Shown: piece after piece, positions 28,996 through 38,981 of the stretch | How positions within the stretch are numbered: position 1 is the stretch's first letter | Layout: the number at the start of each line of letters is the position of its first letter | Notes under the pieces: generated by a model | What the model was told of the DNA's origin: nothing | Databases searched by the model: none | Seen by the model: only the letters and a program-made list of their open reading frames with translations | Made by a program: the position numbers and the translations under genes | NCBI GenBank assembly: GCA_050950825.1 | Contig: JBMNIH010000006.1 | Coordinates: 256,001 to 320,000, forward strand | Direction: 5' to 3' | Source: Clostridia bacterium | Lineage (GTDB): Bacteria; Bacillota; Clostridia; JAAYHZ01 | Length of the DNA: 64,000 nucleotides

Positions 28996-30309
28996 TTACT
29001 CCTCGTATCCGGGCTTCCCTAACAACCGGAACATATTGGTTTTGTAGGCTTCGACACCGGGTTGATCAAAGGGGTTGACGCCCAACATGTATCCGCTGAT
29101 TCCGCAGGCTTTTTCGAAAAAGTAAATCATTCGGCCTAAGGATTCCTCGTTCAGGCGGTCAACCGAAACGGTAAGATTGGGAATCCCGCCTTTCACATGG
29201 GCCAAAACGGTACCCTTTGCCGCCATCTTGTTGATATGGTCCAAGCTTTTTCCGGCAAGATAGTTCAATCCGTCGCTGTTCTTTTCGTCATGGAGCATGT
29301 TCGTATCTTTATACGGTTGTTCAATCGTCAGGCCGGTTTCAAACAAGATGCGCATTCCGTCTTGAACGTACTGCCCCATGGAATGAAGGTCCGCCGTAAA
29401 ATCACAGCCTGCAGGGAAAATTCCCATTTTGTCTTTTCCTTCGCTTTCACCGTAAAGCTGCTTCCACCATTCGGTAAAATAGCGGAGGTTGGGTTCATAA
29501 TGGATCATAAGCTCGATATATTTCCCTTTTTGATACAGGATGTTCCGGCACAAAGCGTACATGCAAGAAGGATTTTCTTCCGCCTTCTTATTCAAGGTTT
29601 CCGATCGCATATCCGCCGCACCCTTCATCAAGGCGTTTATATCAAACCCGGCTGCCGCTATGGGCAAAAGGCCTACCGGCGTCAATACGCTGTATCGTCC
29701 TCCCACGTCATCCGGTATGACAAAGGTTTCGTATCCTTCTTCGTCGGCCAGAGCCTTCAAGGCTCCTCTTTTTGCATCGGTGGTGGCATAGATTCTTTTT
29801 GCCGCTTCCTTTTTGCCGTATTTTTTCTCCATAAGGTCTTTGAAAAACCGAAAAGCGACGGCAGGCTCCGTGGTGGTTCCGGATTTGGAAATCACGTTCA
29901 CGGATAAGTCGTAGTCCTTCACGGCATCCAGCATTTCGAGTAAGTAAGCGGAGCTTAAGTTGTTCCCGGCAAACAAAACCATGGTCTTCTTGCCTTTTCC
30001 GAAAGGCAAAAGACCGGAAAAATGCCCGGATAAAGCGTCAATGACCGCTTTTGCGCCCAAATAGGAACCGCCGATTCCAATGACAACCAAGATATCGCTG
30101 TCTTCCTTTATTTTAGCTGCACATTCCGAAACTTTCGCAAATTCTATCTTGTCGTATCGTACCGGCAAATCCAGCCACCCTAAAAAACCGTTCCCGGGTC
30201 CTTTTCGAGATTCCAACAACTGCATCGCATGCTCCGCTGTCGGAATCCGGTGTTCGATTTCATGAGGATATATGAAATCCTTCGCATATGTGTAATCAAA
30301 TTTAAGCAT
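28996..30309 (-). CDS. pgi: Glucose-6-phosphate isomerase
   Basis: GIGGSYLG, SKSGTTTE, GGRYSVLT, QLYGESEGK and NPFDQPGVEAYK motifs. Confidence 0.96.
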   Translation of the reverse strand: MLKFDYTYAKDFIYPHEIEHRIPTAEHAMQLLESRKGPGNGFLGWLDLPVRYDKIEFAKVSECAAKIKEDSDILVVIGIGGSYLGAKAVIDALSGHFSGLLPFGKGKKTMVLFAGNNLSSAYLLEMLDAVKDYDLSVNVISKSGTTTEPAVAFRFFKDLMEKKYGKKEAAKRIYATTDAKRGALKALADEEGYETFVIPDDVGGRYSVLTPVGLLPIAAAGFDINALMKGAADMRSETLNKKAEENPSCMYALCRNILYQKGKYIELMIHYEPNLRYFTEWWKQLYGESEGKDKMGIFPAGCDFTADLHSMGQYVQDGMRILFETGLTIEQPYKDTNMLHDEKNSDGLNYLAGKSLDHINKMAAKGTVLAHVKGGIPNLTVSVDRLNEESLGRMIYFFEKACGISGYMLGVNPFDQPGVEAYKTNMFRLLGKPGYEE

Positions 30310-30428
30310 TCGGCACCTCTTTGTATTCTGTATGTTATTCTCGTATGATTTCTTATGTTTTTCAATTCAAGATTCTTTATATTATACCACGTCGCACAAC
30401 GATGCAGTCAGGGATTTTTGTTTGATTT

Positions 30429-30938
30429 TTAAAAAGATTCGAAAGAAACCACTTCTTCGAAGCTCTTTCGAGGACGAGGCGGGGTTTCCTTCGCCGGATA
30501 GCCTAACGGCGTAACGGCAACCACAACGGCTTCTTCCGGGATGTTCAGAATTTCTTTTACCTTATCCTGCTGAAAGCTTCCTATCCAGCAGGTTCCCAAA
30601 CCCTGCTCGTAAGCTTCCAGAATCATATGGGTCATGGCGATAGACACGTCCACGATATGCCTCGGAATACCGCATCCCATGTTGCCGTAGTCTTTTAATG
30701 CGCAAGCGGCGATAAATACGGGGGCTTCTCCTACAAAGGTTTGGTTGTTGCAGGCTTCCGTCAGACGCCGGATGGTGTTCTTGTCCGTTACGGCAATGAA
30801 CTTCCAATTTTGAAGGTTTCGAGCCGAGGGGGCCAGCCGTGCCGCTTCCAATACCGCTTTTAATTTTTCCGGTTCCACTTCCTTCGGCAAATAGCTTCTT
30901 ACGCTTCTTCTGCCTTTGATAGCCGTCATAACATCCAT
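30429..30938 (-). CDS. Nitroreductase family protein
   Basis: RRSVRSY, LAPSARNLQNW and GLGTCWIG motifs. Confidence 0.9.
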   Translation of the reverse strand: MDVMTAIKGRRSVRSYLPKEVEPEKLKAVLEAARLAPSARNLQNWKFIAVTDKNTIRRLTEACNNQTFVGEAPVFIAACALKDYGNMGCGIPRHIVDVSIAMTHMILEAYEQGLGTCWIGSFQQDKVKEILNIPEEAVVVAVTPLGYPAKETPPRPRKSFEEVVSFESF

Positions 30939-30970
30939 TCTTTGATCCCTACCTTTCTTTTTATAAATAA

Positions 30971-31006
30971 TCCCCCGCTTTCTTTGTTGAGGCGGGGGAC
31001 TTTTTT
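30971..31006. terminator. Stem-loop terminator after the HAD gene
   Basis: tcccccgc ... gcggggga stem with flanking T/A runs. Confidence 0.6.
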
Positions 31007-31646
31007 AAAATATCGTTTCTATATCCAAGGTGCTGTCAAAGATGTAATCGGGTTTTTCCGCCTCCAATCTCTTGCGAGGAAAAGAGGATGTAATGGCGAT
31101 GCAGCGCATTCCGGCGGCCTTCGCCGCTTGGATGCCGTTTACGGCATCTTCCACCACCCAGCAGTTCTCGGAAGGCAGGCCTAAACGCTCTCCCCCCTTA
31201 AGGAAGATATCCGGTGCCGGTTTTTTCCGAACCACGTCTTCCCCGGTTAACACCGCTTGGAAAAGATCAAAGGCGATTCCTGCGGTTTTTAAATTGAGCT
31301 TCACCTTGATCATATCGGCGCTGCTGGCCAGTGCCAGTCGGTATCCTTTTTTCGATAAACGAACCAGCATTTCCGGTACCCCGGCATAAATCTTCAAATG
31401 CTTCTCCACCAGATCCCCGTAAATCTTGTAAACCAAGGCCTTCATTTCGGGAACATAAGGTACGCCGTATTTTTCCGAAACGCCGCCGACAAAACGATCC
31501 TCACCGGCACCCACAAAGGGGTCGAAATCCTCCGGCTTCGCGAAGACGCCGTATTCTTTTAATCCTCGGATGGCCGCCATTCGTATTACCGGTTCGCTGT
31601 CCACCAGTACGCCATCCATATCAAAAATGATACCCGTATCTTTCAT
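31005..31646 (-). CDS. HAD-IA family phosphatase (beta-phosphoglucomutase-like)
   Basis: FDMDGVLVDSE, ASS, KPAPDIF and VEDAVNG motifs. Confidence 0.88.
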   Translation of the reverse strand: MKDTGIIFDMDGVLVDSEPVIRMAAIRGLKEYGVFAKPEDFDPFVGAGEDRFVGGVSEKYGVPYVPEMKALVYKIYGDLVEKHLKIYAGVPEMLVRLSKKGYRLALASSADMIKVKLNLKTAGIAFDLFQAVLTGEDVVRKKPAPDIFLKGGERLGLPSENCWVVEDAVNGIQAAKAAGMRCIAITSSFPRKRLEAEKPDYIFDSTLDIETIF

Positions 31647-31650
31647 TACC

Positions 31651-32526
31651 TTACCCTTTTACATTGTCCAGAGGAACCAGCTTCAACGCGTTCTTGAAGT
31701 AAATCTTGTCCTTGACTTCTTGGCTCAAATTCAAGGATTCCAAAAATTCTTGATGCTGGTTGTCGAAATAGTCTCTTCCGTACATGATACGATCTTGGTA
31801 TTCGTTCAAGAACCACAAAGCAAATTCGGGATCTCGTTTCAAGGCGTTGCATCCGGAGCCTGCGGAAATGTCGCAGTACAAATTCGGATAATCGTTCAGC
31901 ATTTGAATCAATTTTCCGCCTTCCACCACTTTTCCTTTCGGATAAGCGACGGTTTTGTATTGATCGTCACCGGAGATATGCGCCCAAAAGCCCGGTGCAT
32001 GACCGATGAAAACGGTGTTTTCGCATTCGGCGATGGCTCTTTCAAAGGCTTCGATTCCTCCGCCGTACCAATAATTAGGCCTCGGATACGCTCTTCCCGT
32101 GTCGAATTCGTAATCGATATGTACCAGAACCGGTACTTTTTTCTCACCGCAGAATTTATACATTCTTATGGCATCCCGATTGTCGTACATCATTCTCAAT
32201 TTCAATTCCCCGTATACTCTTGCACCGTGAATGGTGATGGCCGCATCCATCTTGTCGATGGCGTCCGGTTCTCTCGGGTCCGGCGCATAGCCTAAAACGA
32301 AGCGATCGGGGTATTTTTCCTTGTAACGAAGGCAGTTGTCAAAAGGTATGCACTTTCCTTGGTTCAAAGGGGATATGTTTTTATTGTAGCTCGGAGAATA
32401 TTCCGAAGGAGGGCACTCCCACGACAAAATCCATGTAATGTCGATGTTGTACATATCCATGTTTTCTATGAATTTTTCCACATTATGATGATGCCAATCC
32501 GGATGATTGTGTACATCAATGATCAT
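31651..32526 (-). CDS. Amidohydrolase-2 family metal-dependent hydrolase
   Basis: DVHNH (HxH), VLVH, IGHAP and MYGRDY motifs. Start at MIIDVH after GGAGG. Confidence 0.82.
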   Translation of the reverse strand: MIIDVHNHPDWHHHNVEKFIENMDMYNIDITWILSWECPPSEYSPSYNKNISPLNQGKCIPFDNCLRYKEKYPDRFVLGYAPDPREPDAIDKMDAAITIHGARVYGELKLRMMYDNRDAIRMYKFCGEKKVPVLVHIDYEFDTGRAYPRPNYWYGGGIEAFERAIAECENTVFIGHAPGFWAHISGDDQYKTVAYPKGKVVEGGKLIQMLNDYPNLYCDISAGSGCNALKRDPEFALWFLNEYQDRIMYGRDYFDNQHQEFLESLNLSQEVKDKIYFKNALKLVPLDNVKG

Positions 32527-32544
32527 AAGTCTTACCTCCAATAA

Positions 32545-33477
32545 TTATTTGATGCGAAGCACCTTTTTTCTGTATTGCAAGGGGCTAAGCCCGGTTTGCT
32601 GTTTGAACAAACGATTGAAGTAATTGATATTGTTAAATCCTACCGCAAAGCAAATGTCGTAAACACTGTCCGTATAGTTCTTCACCAAAAGCTCCGTAGC
32701 CCTTTTGATTCTTAAGTAATTGACATATTCGGTAAAGGTCTTTTGCGTTAAGTTTTTAAACAAATAACGAAAATAGGATCCGGAGACCATGGCTATTTTC
32801 GCAACGTCCTCTACTTTAATGTCATAGATAAAATTGTTATCAATATATTCCCTGGCTTTAATCAGGTTTTCTTTATGCCTGTCCAACAAAATGTTGTGAG
32901 CCGGAATTTCCGCTTCGCTTTTTTTGTATTCTCGGGACAAGATGATCAAAAGCTTTAAAAGAAGAGACTTAAACATCAGCTCAAAGTCGTCGTCCATTTC
33001 CCTGTACTCTACAATCATCTCGTTTAATATTCGTTCCACTTCGTCCCGGCTTTTTCCTCTTAGGTTCAACCGAGGCTTGATCTTGTTTTCGGTAACCAAA
33101 AAAGGCTCTAAGTAAGCAAAGTCAAAGAATCTTTCACTTGTTTCTTCCGGTGAAAATCTCTCGTTAATGTATTGGGGCATAAACTCCAGCTCGATGATTT
33201 CGGCTTCCGGGTCCTGGTTTTCACCGAAGCGATGAGGAACATAAGGGGGAATTACGAAGATATCCCCTTGGATCAACTCAAAGTAGTTGTCGTTGATGTA
33301 GTGCTTGACCCTGCCTTTGGCAATGTACTCGATCTGGACGTACTCATGCCTATGCTTATTAATTCGGAATTGTGCCGCCGTAAGCCGGGTGATGAAAAAG
33401 GGCAGTCTATGCTCGTTGTCCAGCTTCAGCAGCACAATGTCTTTGTATTCTTTTTTGTCCAAAAAAGAATAATCCAC
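32545..33477 (-). CDS. AraC family transcriptional regulator (cupin + HTH)
   Basis: HRHEY cupin and VGFNNINYFNRLFKQQTGLSP AraC signature. Confidence 0.92.
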   Translation of the reverse strand: MDYSFLDKKEYKDIVLLKLDNEHRLPFFITRLTAAQFRINKHRHEYVQIEYIAKGRVKHYINDNYFELIQGDIFVIPPYVPHRFGENQDPEAEIIELEFMPQYINERFSPEETSERFFDFAYLEPFLVTENKIKPRLNLRGKSRDEVERILNEMIVEYREMDDDFELMFKSLLLKLLIILSREYKKSEAEIPAHNILLDRHKENLIKAREYIDNNFIYDIKVEDVAKIAMVSGSYFRYLFKNLTQKTFTEYVNYLRIKRATELLVKNYTDSVYDICFAVGFNNINYFNRLFKQQTGLSPLQYRKKVLRIK

Positions 33478-33498
33478 AGTGAACCTTCCTTTTTGCCG

Positions 33499-35886
33499 TT
33501 ACTGTCTTAAAACGGCGTTCAGTTCTTTTTGCAGCGATTCGATCATTTTTTCCATGATGCCGCTCACTTCCGAATCCTGCAAAGTACGATCTTCCGCACG
33601 AAATACGACGGAAAATGCAACGCTCTTTTTGCCTTCGCCGATCTGCTTGCCTCTGAAAATGTCGAACAATTCCACTTGTTCAAGGTATTTTCCGCCGTTT
33701 GCTTTGATTACACTTTCCATGTCCCCTACCGTAACCTTTTCCTCAACAACCAAAGCCAAATCTCGAGTAATGGCCGGGAATCGCGGCAGAGGCTCGTATT
33801 TGCGTTCCACGGAGGACAGTTTGATCAACTGCTCTGTGTCCATAACACCGCAGAGGGTTCCTTCGGGAACTTCAAAATTCTCACATACCGTCGGATGGAT
33901 CACGCCGATTACGCCTAAGGTTACACCGTTGGATATTACCTTTGCCGTTCTTCCGGGATGAAACTCCTTCAATCCCGTTTCCCGCACGTATTCCACGTCT
34001 TTTATTCCCAATTCCTCCGTCAATGTTTCGATGATACCCTTTATGTGATAGAAATCGTAAGATTCTCCGTAAAGTCCTATACACAGTTGGGCTTTTTGTA
34101 CGGAGCATTCCTTATTGTCGGCTTTTTCATATACATTCGCCAACTCGAAAAGCTCTCCTTTGACGATGGAACGGCTGTAGTTTCTTGCAATTACCGACAG
34201 CATATCCGGGATCATGACGGTCCTCATAATCTTGAACTCTTCCCCGAGGGGATTTCGGATCTCTACGGCGTTTCTTCGAGGATCGTCCTTTTCCATTTCC
34301 ATCTTATCAAAAACATTCTTTCCTGTAAACGAATAGGTGCAAATCTCGTTCAATCCGCATGCGGACATTACGTTTCGTATAACATCCGTCATTTTTTGAG
34401 AATAGCTTTTGCTTCCCTTGGTAATGGATTTTCCTTCTAACAACGTAGACGCAATATTGTTGTAACCGTAAAAACGGGCTACCTCCTCCGCAATATCGGC
34501 GGTCTCTACGATATCTCCCCTAAAGGAGGGGACACGGATTACCATATTCTTAAGATCCGTTCGAAGCTCCAGTCGATTCAAAATTTCCGCCATTACCTCC
34601 ATGGGTATGTCGGTACCCAATAACCGATTGACCTTATCCGGTTCAAACGGAAGAACTCTTTCGGAGGAATTCGAATAGTTCACGTCCACACGGCCTTTTC
34701 GGACCGTACCGGCTCCGAGAAGCTCCGTCAATTCGCATGCCCGATCCAATGCCGGGACGGTATTTTGAGGATCCAAGCCTTTTTCAAACAAGGCCGAAGA
34801 ATCGGTACGCATGCCCAATCGTTTTGCAGTCAAACGTACCGACTTTTTATTGAAGTTTGCCGACTCGAACAAAATCCTCGTCGTTTGTTCGGTGATTCCC
34901 GAATACGCTCCTCCCATGATACCGGCAACGGCCAGGGCTTTTTCGGGGTCGGCGATTACAAGCATATTTTCATCCAATTTACGAGGTTGGTCGTCCAGGG
35001 TTTCCAAGGTTTCGCCCGGCTTCGCTCTACGTACGATAATGGTATTGTCTTTGATCTTATCCAAATCGAATGCGTGCATGGGCTGGCCGTACTCCAACAG
35101 CACGTAGTTGGTAATATCCACGATGTTGTTAATGGGGCGAATACCACATTCCATAAGTCTTTTCCGCATCCAATACGGAGAAGGCTCGATTTTTACGTTC
35201 TCCACCACCCGAGAAGAGTATCTTGTACATAAATCCCTGTCCTCGATTTTAATGGTTACAAGCTCTCCTAACGGTACTCCTTCTTCTTTCACCATCGGTT
35301 TTGTATGCCGGAAGGGTTTTTCCAAGGTTGCCGCCGCTTCTCTGGCAATGCCGATGACGGAGTAGCAGTCCGGACGGTTGGGAGTAATTTCGAATTCGAT
35401 CACATTTTCGTCCAAGCCTAATACGTCTTTTATATCCGTTCCGGGTTTTACGTCCTTGTCCAGAATCAATATACCGTCTTCAACGGCATCGGGAAACTCG
35501 TGCTTGGAAAGGTCCAGCTCTTCCAAGCTGCACATCATACCGAAAGATTCCAAGCCTCTTAATTTCCCCTTCTTTATCTTTACGCCTCCGGGAAGCTCCG
35601 CTCCGTGAAGGGCTACGGGAACAACATCTCCTTCTTTCACGTTGTTTGCGCCGGTAATGATTTGAATCGTTTCACCGCCTACGTCCACTTGGGCAACCGA
35701 AAGCTTATCCGCATCCGGGTGTTTTCCTAAGGATACGATTTTCCCCGCCACAACATTTTTTATTTGTTCCCCTCTGTTGGTAATCCCTTCTACCTTGGAA
35801 CCGCTCATGGTCATTTTGCTTGACAATTCGCGAGCATCTATATCAATATCTACGTATTCCGCTAACCAGCCAACAGGTACTTTCAT
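33499..35886 (-). CDS. pheT: Phenylalanine-tRNA ligase beta subunit
   Basis: HPDADKL, ITPNRPDC, GQPMHAFD, EEVARFYGY and the C-terminal FDX-ACB domain. Confidence 0.97.
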   Translation of the reverse strand: MKVPVGWLAEYVDIDIDARELSSKMTMSGSKVEGITNRGEQIKNVVAGKIVSLGKHPDADKLSVAQVDVGGETIQIITGANNVKEGDVVPVALHGAELPGGVKIKKGKLRGLESFGMMCSLEELDLSKHEFPDAVEDGILILDKDVKPGTDIKDVLGLDENVIEFEITPNRPDCYSVIGIAREAAATLEKPFRHTKPMVKEEGVPLGELVTIKIEDRDLCTRYSSRVVENVKIEPSPYWMRKRLMECGIRPINNIVDITNYVLLEYGQPMHAFDLDKIKDNTIIVRRAKPGETLETLDDQPRKLDENMLVIADPEKALAVAGIMGGAYSGITEQTTRILFESANFNKKSVRLTAKRLGMRTDSSALFEKGLDPQNTVPALDRACELTELLGAGTVRKGRVDVNYSNSSERVLPFEPDKVNRLLGTDIPMEVMAEILNRLELRTDLKNMVIRVPSFRGDIVETADIAEEVARFYGYNNIASTLLEGKSITKGSKSYSQKMTDVIRNVMSACGLNEICTYSFTGKNVFDKMEMEKDDPRRNAVEIRNPLGEEFKIMRTVMIPDMLSVIARNYSRSIVKGELFELANVYEKADNKECSVQKAQLCIGLYGESYDFYHIKGIIETLTEELGIKDVEYVRETGLKEFHPGRTAKVISNGVTLGVIGVIHPTVCENFEVPEGTLCGVMDTEQLIKLSSVERKYEPLPRFPAITRDLALVVEEKVTVGDMESVIKANGGKYLEQVELFDIFRGKQIGEGKKSVAFSVVFRAEDRTLQDSEVSGIMEKMIESLQKELNAVLRQ

Positions 35887-35901
35887 ATTCCGCCTCCTAT
35901 C

Positions 35902-36921
35902 TTAAAACTGTTTCAAGAAACGCAAATCGTTTTCAAACAGCAGCCGCATGTCGTTGATACCGGATAAGCTCATGGCCACACGGTCAATTCCCATTCCGAA
36001 TGCAAATCCGCTGTATATATCCGGATCCAGTCCGCAGTTTCTTAAAACGTTGGGATGCACCATTCCCGCACCTAATATTTCCACCCATCCTTCGAACTTG
36101 CACATTTTGCAGCCCTTGCCTCCGCAGGTCCAGCAGGTAACGTCCACTTCGGCACTGGGTTCCGTAAACGGGAAATGGTGAGGTCGTAAACGTATATCGG
36201 TGGTTTCGCCGAACAGGCTTTTGGCCGCTAACTTCAACGTACCCACCAAATCTCCCATGGTGACGCCTTTGTCCACTACCAAGCCTTCCACCTGATGGAA
36301 TATGGGCGAATGGGTTGCGTCCACATCGTCCGAACGATATACTCTTCCGGGACAGATAATTTTAATGGGAGGTTTTTGACTCTGCATAACCCGGATCTGA
36401 ACCGGAGACGTTTGCGTTCTCAAGCATACAAGGTCGTTGATATAGAAGGTGTCTTGCTCGTCTCGGGAAGGATGTTCTTCCGGAGCGTTCAAAGCGTCGA
36501 AATTATGATAAACCGTTTCAATTTCCGGTCCTTCTGCAATTTGGTATCCTAATCCCAAAAAAATCTCGATGATTTTTTCCGTAGTTTGGGTTATCGGGTG
36601 TTTTCTGCCTAAGGTAATTTTCTTACCGGGTACCGTTATGTCAATGATTTCACGATTGAGTTTTTCTTCTTTTTCTTTTTGCTTCAACTGCAAAGCGACT
36701 TCTTCCAGGAAATTTTCAATGTCTTGTCTCGCTTCGTTGGCAAGCTTTCCGATTAAAGGCCGTTCTTCCGCCGTAAGCTTCCCCATTTCTCTTAAGACCA
36801 AAGTCAGCTCGCCTTTTTTACCTAAAAAGGCGACTCGAATGTCTTCCAAGCTTTTCAGGGTATCGGCTTCCTTGATTAAGCCGAAAGCTTTATCCCGGAT
36901 CGCTTCTATTTTCTGCTTCAT
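35902..36921 (-). CDS. pheS: Phenylalanine-tRNA ligase alpha subunit
   Basis: HPSRDEQDTF, LRTQTSPVQ, FPFTEPS and GFAFGMG motifs. Start at MKQKIE (ATG 36921) after AAAGGAG. Confidence 0.97.
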   Translation of the reverse strand: MKQKIEAIRDKAFGLIKEADTLKSLEDIRVAFLGKKGELTLVLREMGKLTAEERPLIGKLANEARQDIENFLEEVALQLKQKEKEEKLNREIIDITVPGKKITLGRKHPITQTTEKIIEIFLGLGYQIAEGPEIETVYHNFDALNAPEEHPSRDEQDTFYINDLVCLRTQTSPVQIRVMQSQKPPIKIICPGRVYRSDDVDATHSPIFHQVEGLVVDKGVTMGDLVGTLKLAAKSLFGETTDIRLRPHHFPFTEPSAEVDVTCWTCGGKGCKMCKFEGWVEILGAGMVHPNVLRNCGLDPDIYSGFAFGMGIDRVAMSLSGINDMRLLFENDLRFLKQF

Positions 36922-37023
36922 AGGATGTGCTCCTTTCCTTTCTTTCACCCTTTGCATACAAAAGTCCAAGTACACAAAGTATATCATAATTCATTTTAAA
37001 CGACAATAAATCCATTTTTATGC

Positions 37024-37710
37024 TTATTTATCGGTTAATATCGAAAACTCCGTCCAAGGCCATTCTCGGGGAGGATTCTTTTCAAATACCATTTTTTCTT
37101 TTTTTACGGGGTGAACAAATGCCAGGGAATAGGACCACAAGGCAAGCCTGGATAAGCCTTTTGTTCTTTTCCCGTATTTTACGTCGCCGCAGACCGGGCA
37201 TCCGATTTGCGCAAATTGCACTCGGATTTGATGAGGCCTCCCGGTATGAAGCTTTATTTTTACCAACGATCGATTCGAAACGGTCCGGCACTGTTCGTAT
37301 TCCAAAATCGCTTCCTTTGCATTTTCCGCATCCTCATTCGTCCAAATCGTCTTGTTGGTTTTTTCGTCTTTAACAAGATAGGACCGAAGAATTCCTTTAG
37401 GGCTTTGCAAAACTCCTTCCAATACGGCTAAATACCGTTTTTCCATTTCGTTTTTCCGAATAGTCTCGGACAGCCTCGATGCCGCTTTGGAGGTTTTCGC
37501 AAATACCATCACGCCTCCTACGCCCCTGTCCAAACGATGAACAAGTCCAAGGTAAGCATCTCCCGGTTTATTGTACTTATCAACCAAATACTTTTTCAGT
37601 AAAGTCAACATATCCGGATCTCCGGTTTTGTCTTCTTGGGACAAGATTCCCGGAGGCTTTACGGCGACGATAATATGGTTATCCTCGTACAAAATCTCGA
37701 TATCATTCAT
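37024..37710 (-). CDS. RluA family pseudouridine synthase
   Basis: KPPG, HRLD catalytic motif, TGRPHQIR and GDVKYG. Confidence 0.92.
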   Translation of the reverse strand: MNDIEILYEDNHIIVAVKPPGILSQEDKTGDPDMLTLLKKYLVDKYNKPGDAYLGLVHRLDRGVGGVMVFAKTSKAASRLSETIRKNEMEKRYLAVLEGVLQSPKGILRSYLVKDEKTNKTIWTNEDAENAKEAILEYEQCRTVSNRSLVKIKLHTGRPHQIRVQFAQIGCPVCGDVKYGKRTKGLSRLALWSYSLAFVHPVKKEKMVFEKNPPREWPWTEFSILTDK

Positions 37711-38572
37711 CGTTCTGTTCCCAACAAGCCGTATTGCCGCAAGGCAGTATGATGCCGGAATCTTGGACAGGCAAACCCGTTTCGTACGCCTTGGTAACGC
37801 CTCCGAAACGTTTTGTCAAAACCAAATCCATAATGTTTTTCATCACCGAACCGCTTAGTCCCGTGGTGTAGGAGTTTAACAGGAAGAAGAGCGGTTTTTT
37901 GGACAGGACCTTGCTGCACAGCTCCGTCAAATCGTAAATATTCTCTTCCAGCTTCCACATTTCTCCCTTCGGACCTCTTCCGTAGGAAGGCGGATCCATG
38001 ATAATGCCGTCGTAAAAGCGGCCTCTTCGGATTTCCCGCTGTACAAACTTCACCACATCGTCCACAATATATCGAACCGGTTTTTCGGCCAAGCCGGACA
38101 GCGCCAAATTGCTTTTTGCCTTTTCCACCATACCCTTTGCCGCATCCACATGGCATACATGGGCTCCGGCTGCGGCGCAGGCGGCGGTTGCTCCGCCGGT
38201 ATATGCGAAAAGATTTAATATCTGAACCGGCTTTTCCGCTTTTTCGATCTTTTCTTTCATGTAGTCCCAGTTAACCCCTTGCTCCGGGAACAAGCCGGTA
38301 TGCTTGAAATTCATCGGCTCTACCCAAAAGCTCAATTCCCCGTAAGAGATCTTCCATTTGTCGGGTATGGTTTTAAAAAACGTCCACGAACCGCCCCCCG
38401 AAGAGCTTCGATTGTACCTTCCGTGGGCATTCTTCCAGATATCCGGATTGTATTTGGGCCATATGATCTGCGGATCCGGTCGGATTAATATGATATCTTT
38501 CCATCGTTCTATTTTTTCTCCGTCTCCGGTGGACAAGACGGCGTAATCGGTCCACTTGGTTGCAACTCGCAT
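37703..38572 (-). CDS. Class I SAM-dependent methyltransferase (RlmI/RlmK-like)
   Basis: HTGLFPEQ, LNLFAYTGGA and MDPPSYG motifs. Start at MRVATKW after GGAGG. Confidence 0.85.
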   Translation of the reverse strand: MRVATKWTDYAVLSTGDGEKIERWKDIILIRPDPQIIWPKYNPDIWKNAHGRYNRSSSGGGSWTFFKTIPDKWKISYGELSFWVEPMNFKHTGLFPEQGVNWDYMKEKIEKAEKPVQILNLFAYTGGATAACAAAGAHVCHVDAAKGMVEKAKSNLALSGLAEKPVRYIVDDVVKFVQREIRRGRFYDGIIMDPPSYGRGPKGEMWKLEENIYDLTELCSKVLSKKPLFFLLNSYTTGLSGSVMKNIMDLVLTKRFGGVTKAYETGLPVQDSGIILPCGNTACWEQNDE

Positions 38573-38601
38573 GGAGTCCTCCGTTTTTACATATTCTATC
38601 A

Positions 38602-38865
38602 TTATTTGGATTCTAACCTTTTATTACGAAAGTATAAAAGCATATCCGTAAACACCATGGTAAAGTTCAAAATATACATATAGATGACAAAGTCATAGTT
38701 GTAGAAGATTTTATGTAATATACCTGCGGCATAACCTACCAATATGATTGCCAAGAACGACAAACTTTTTCCTTTGGTGCTTTTGGACTTTATGGATTTG
38801 GCAATGGAAGCAGGCCAAGCTGCTCCGAAACATACTAACATAATCAACTCAAAAGGACTCTTCAT
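38602..38865 (-). CDS. Small 3-TM PQ-loop/SemiSWEET-like membrane protein
   Basis: 87 aa, three hydrophobic helices, FGAAWP..I.KS.KSKSTKGKS pattern typical of half-transporters. Confidence 0.6.
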   Translation of the reverse strand: MKSPFELIMLVCFGAAWPASIAKSIKSKSTKGKSLSFLAIILVGYAAGILHKIFYNYDFVIYMYILNFTMVFTDMLLYFRNKRLESK

Positions 38866-38920
38866 GATGCCTCCTGCCGGTAAATTTTATACATGATTAT
38901 ATCACACTTTTTTAAAAAAA

Positions 38921-38960
38921 TAGGTGCCGCGAAAGGATTTTTTCCTTACGCGACACCTTA
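38921..38960 (-). terminator. Terminator after the lipoprotein triplet
   Basis: Imperfect long stem aggtg-c-cgcg..aagga / tcctt..cgcg-a-cacct followed by a T7 run on the minus strand. Confidence 0.6.
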
Positions 38961-38981
38961 TTTTCTTGAAGCCTTCATGCT

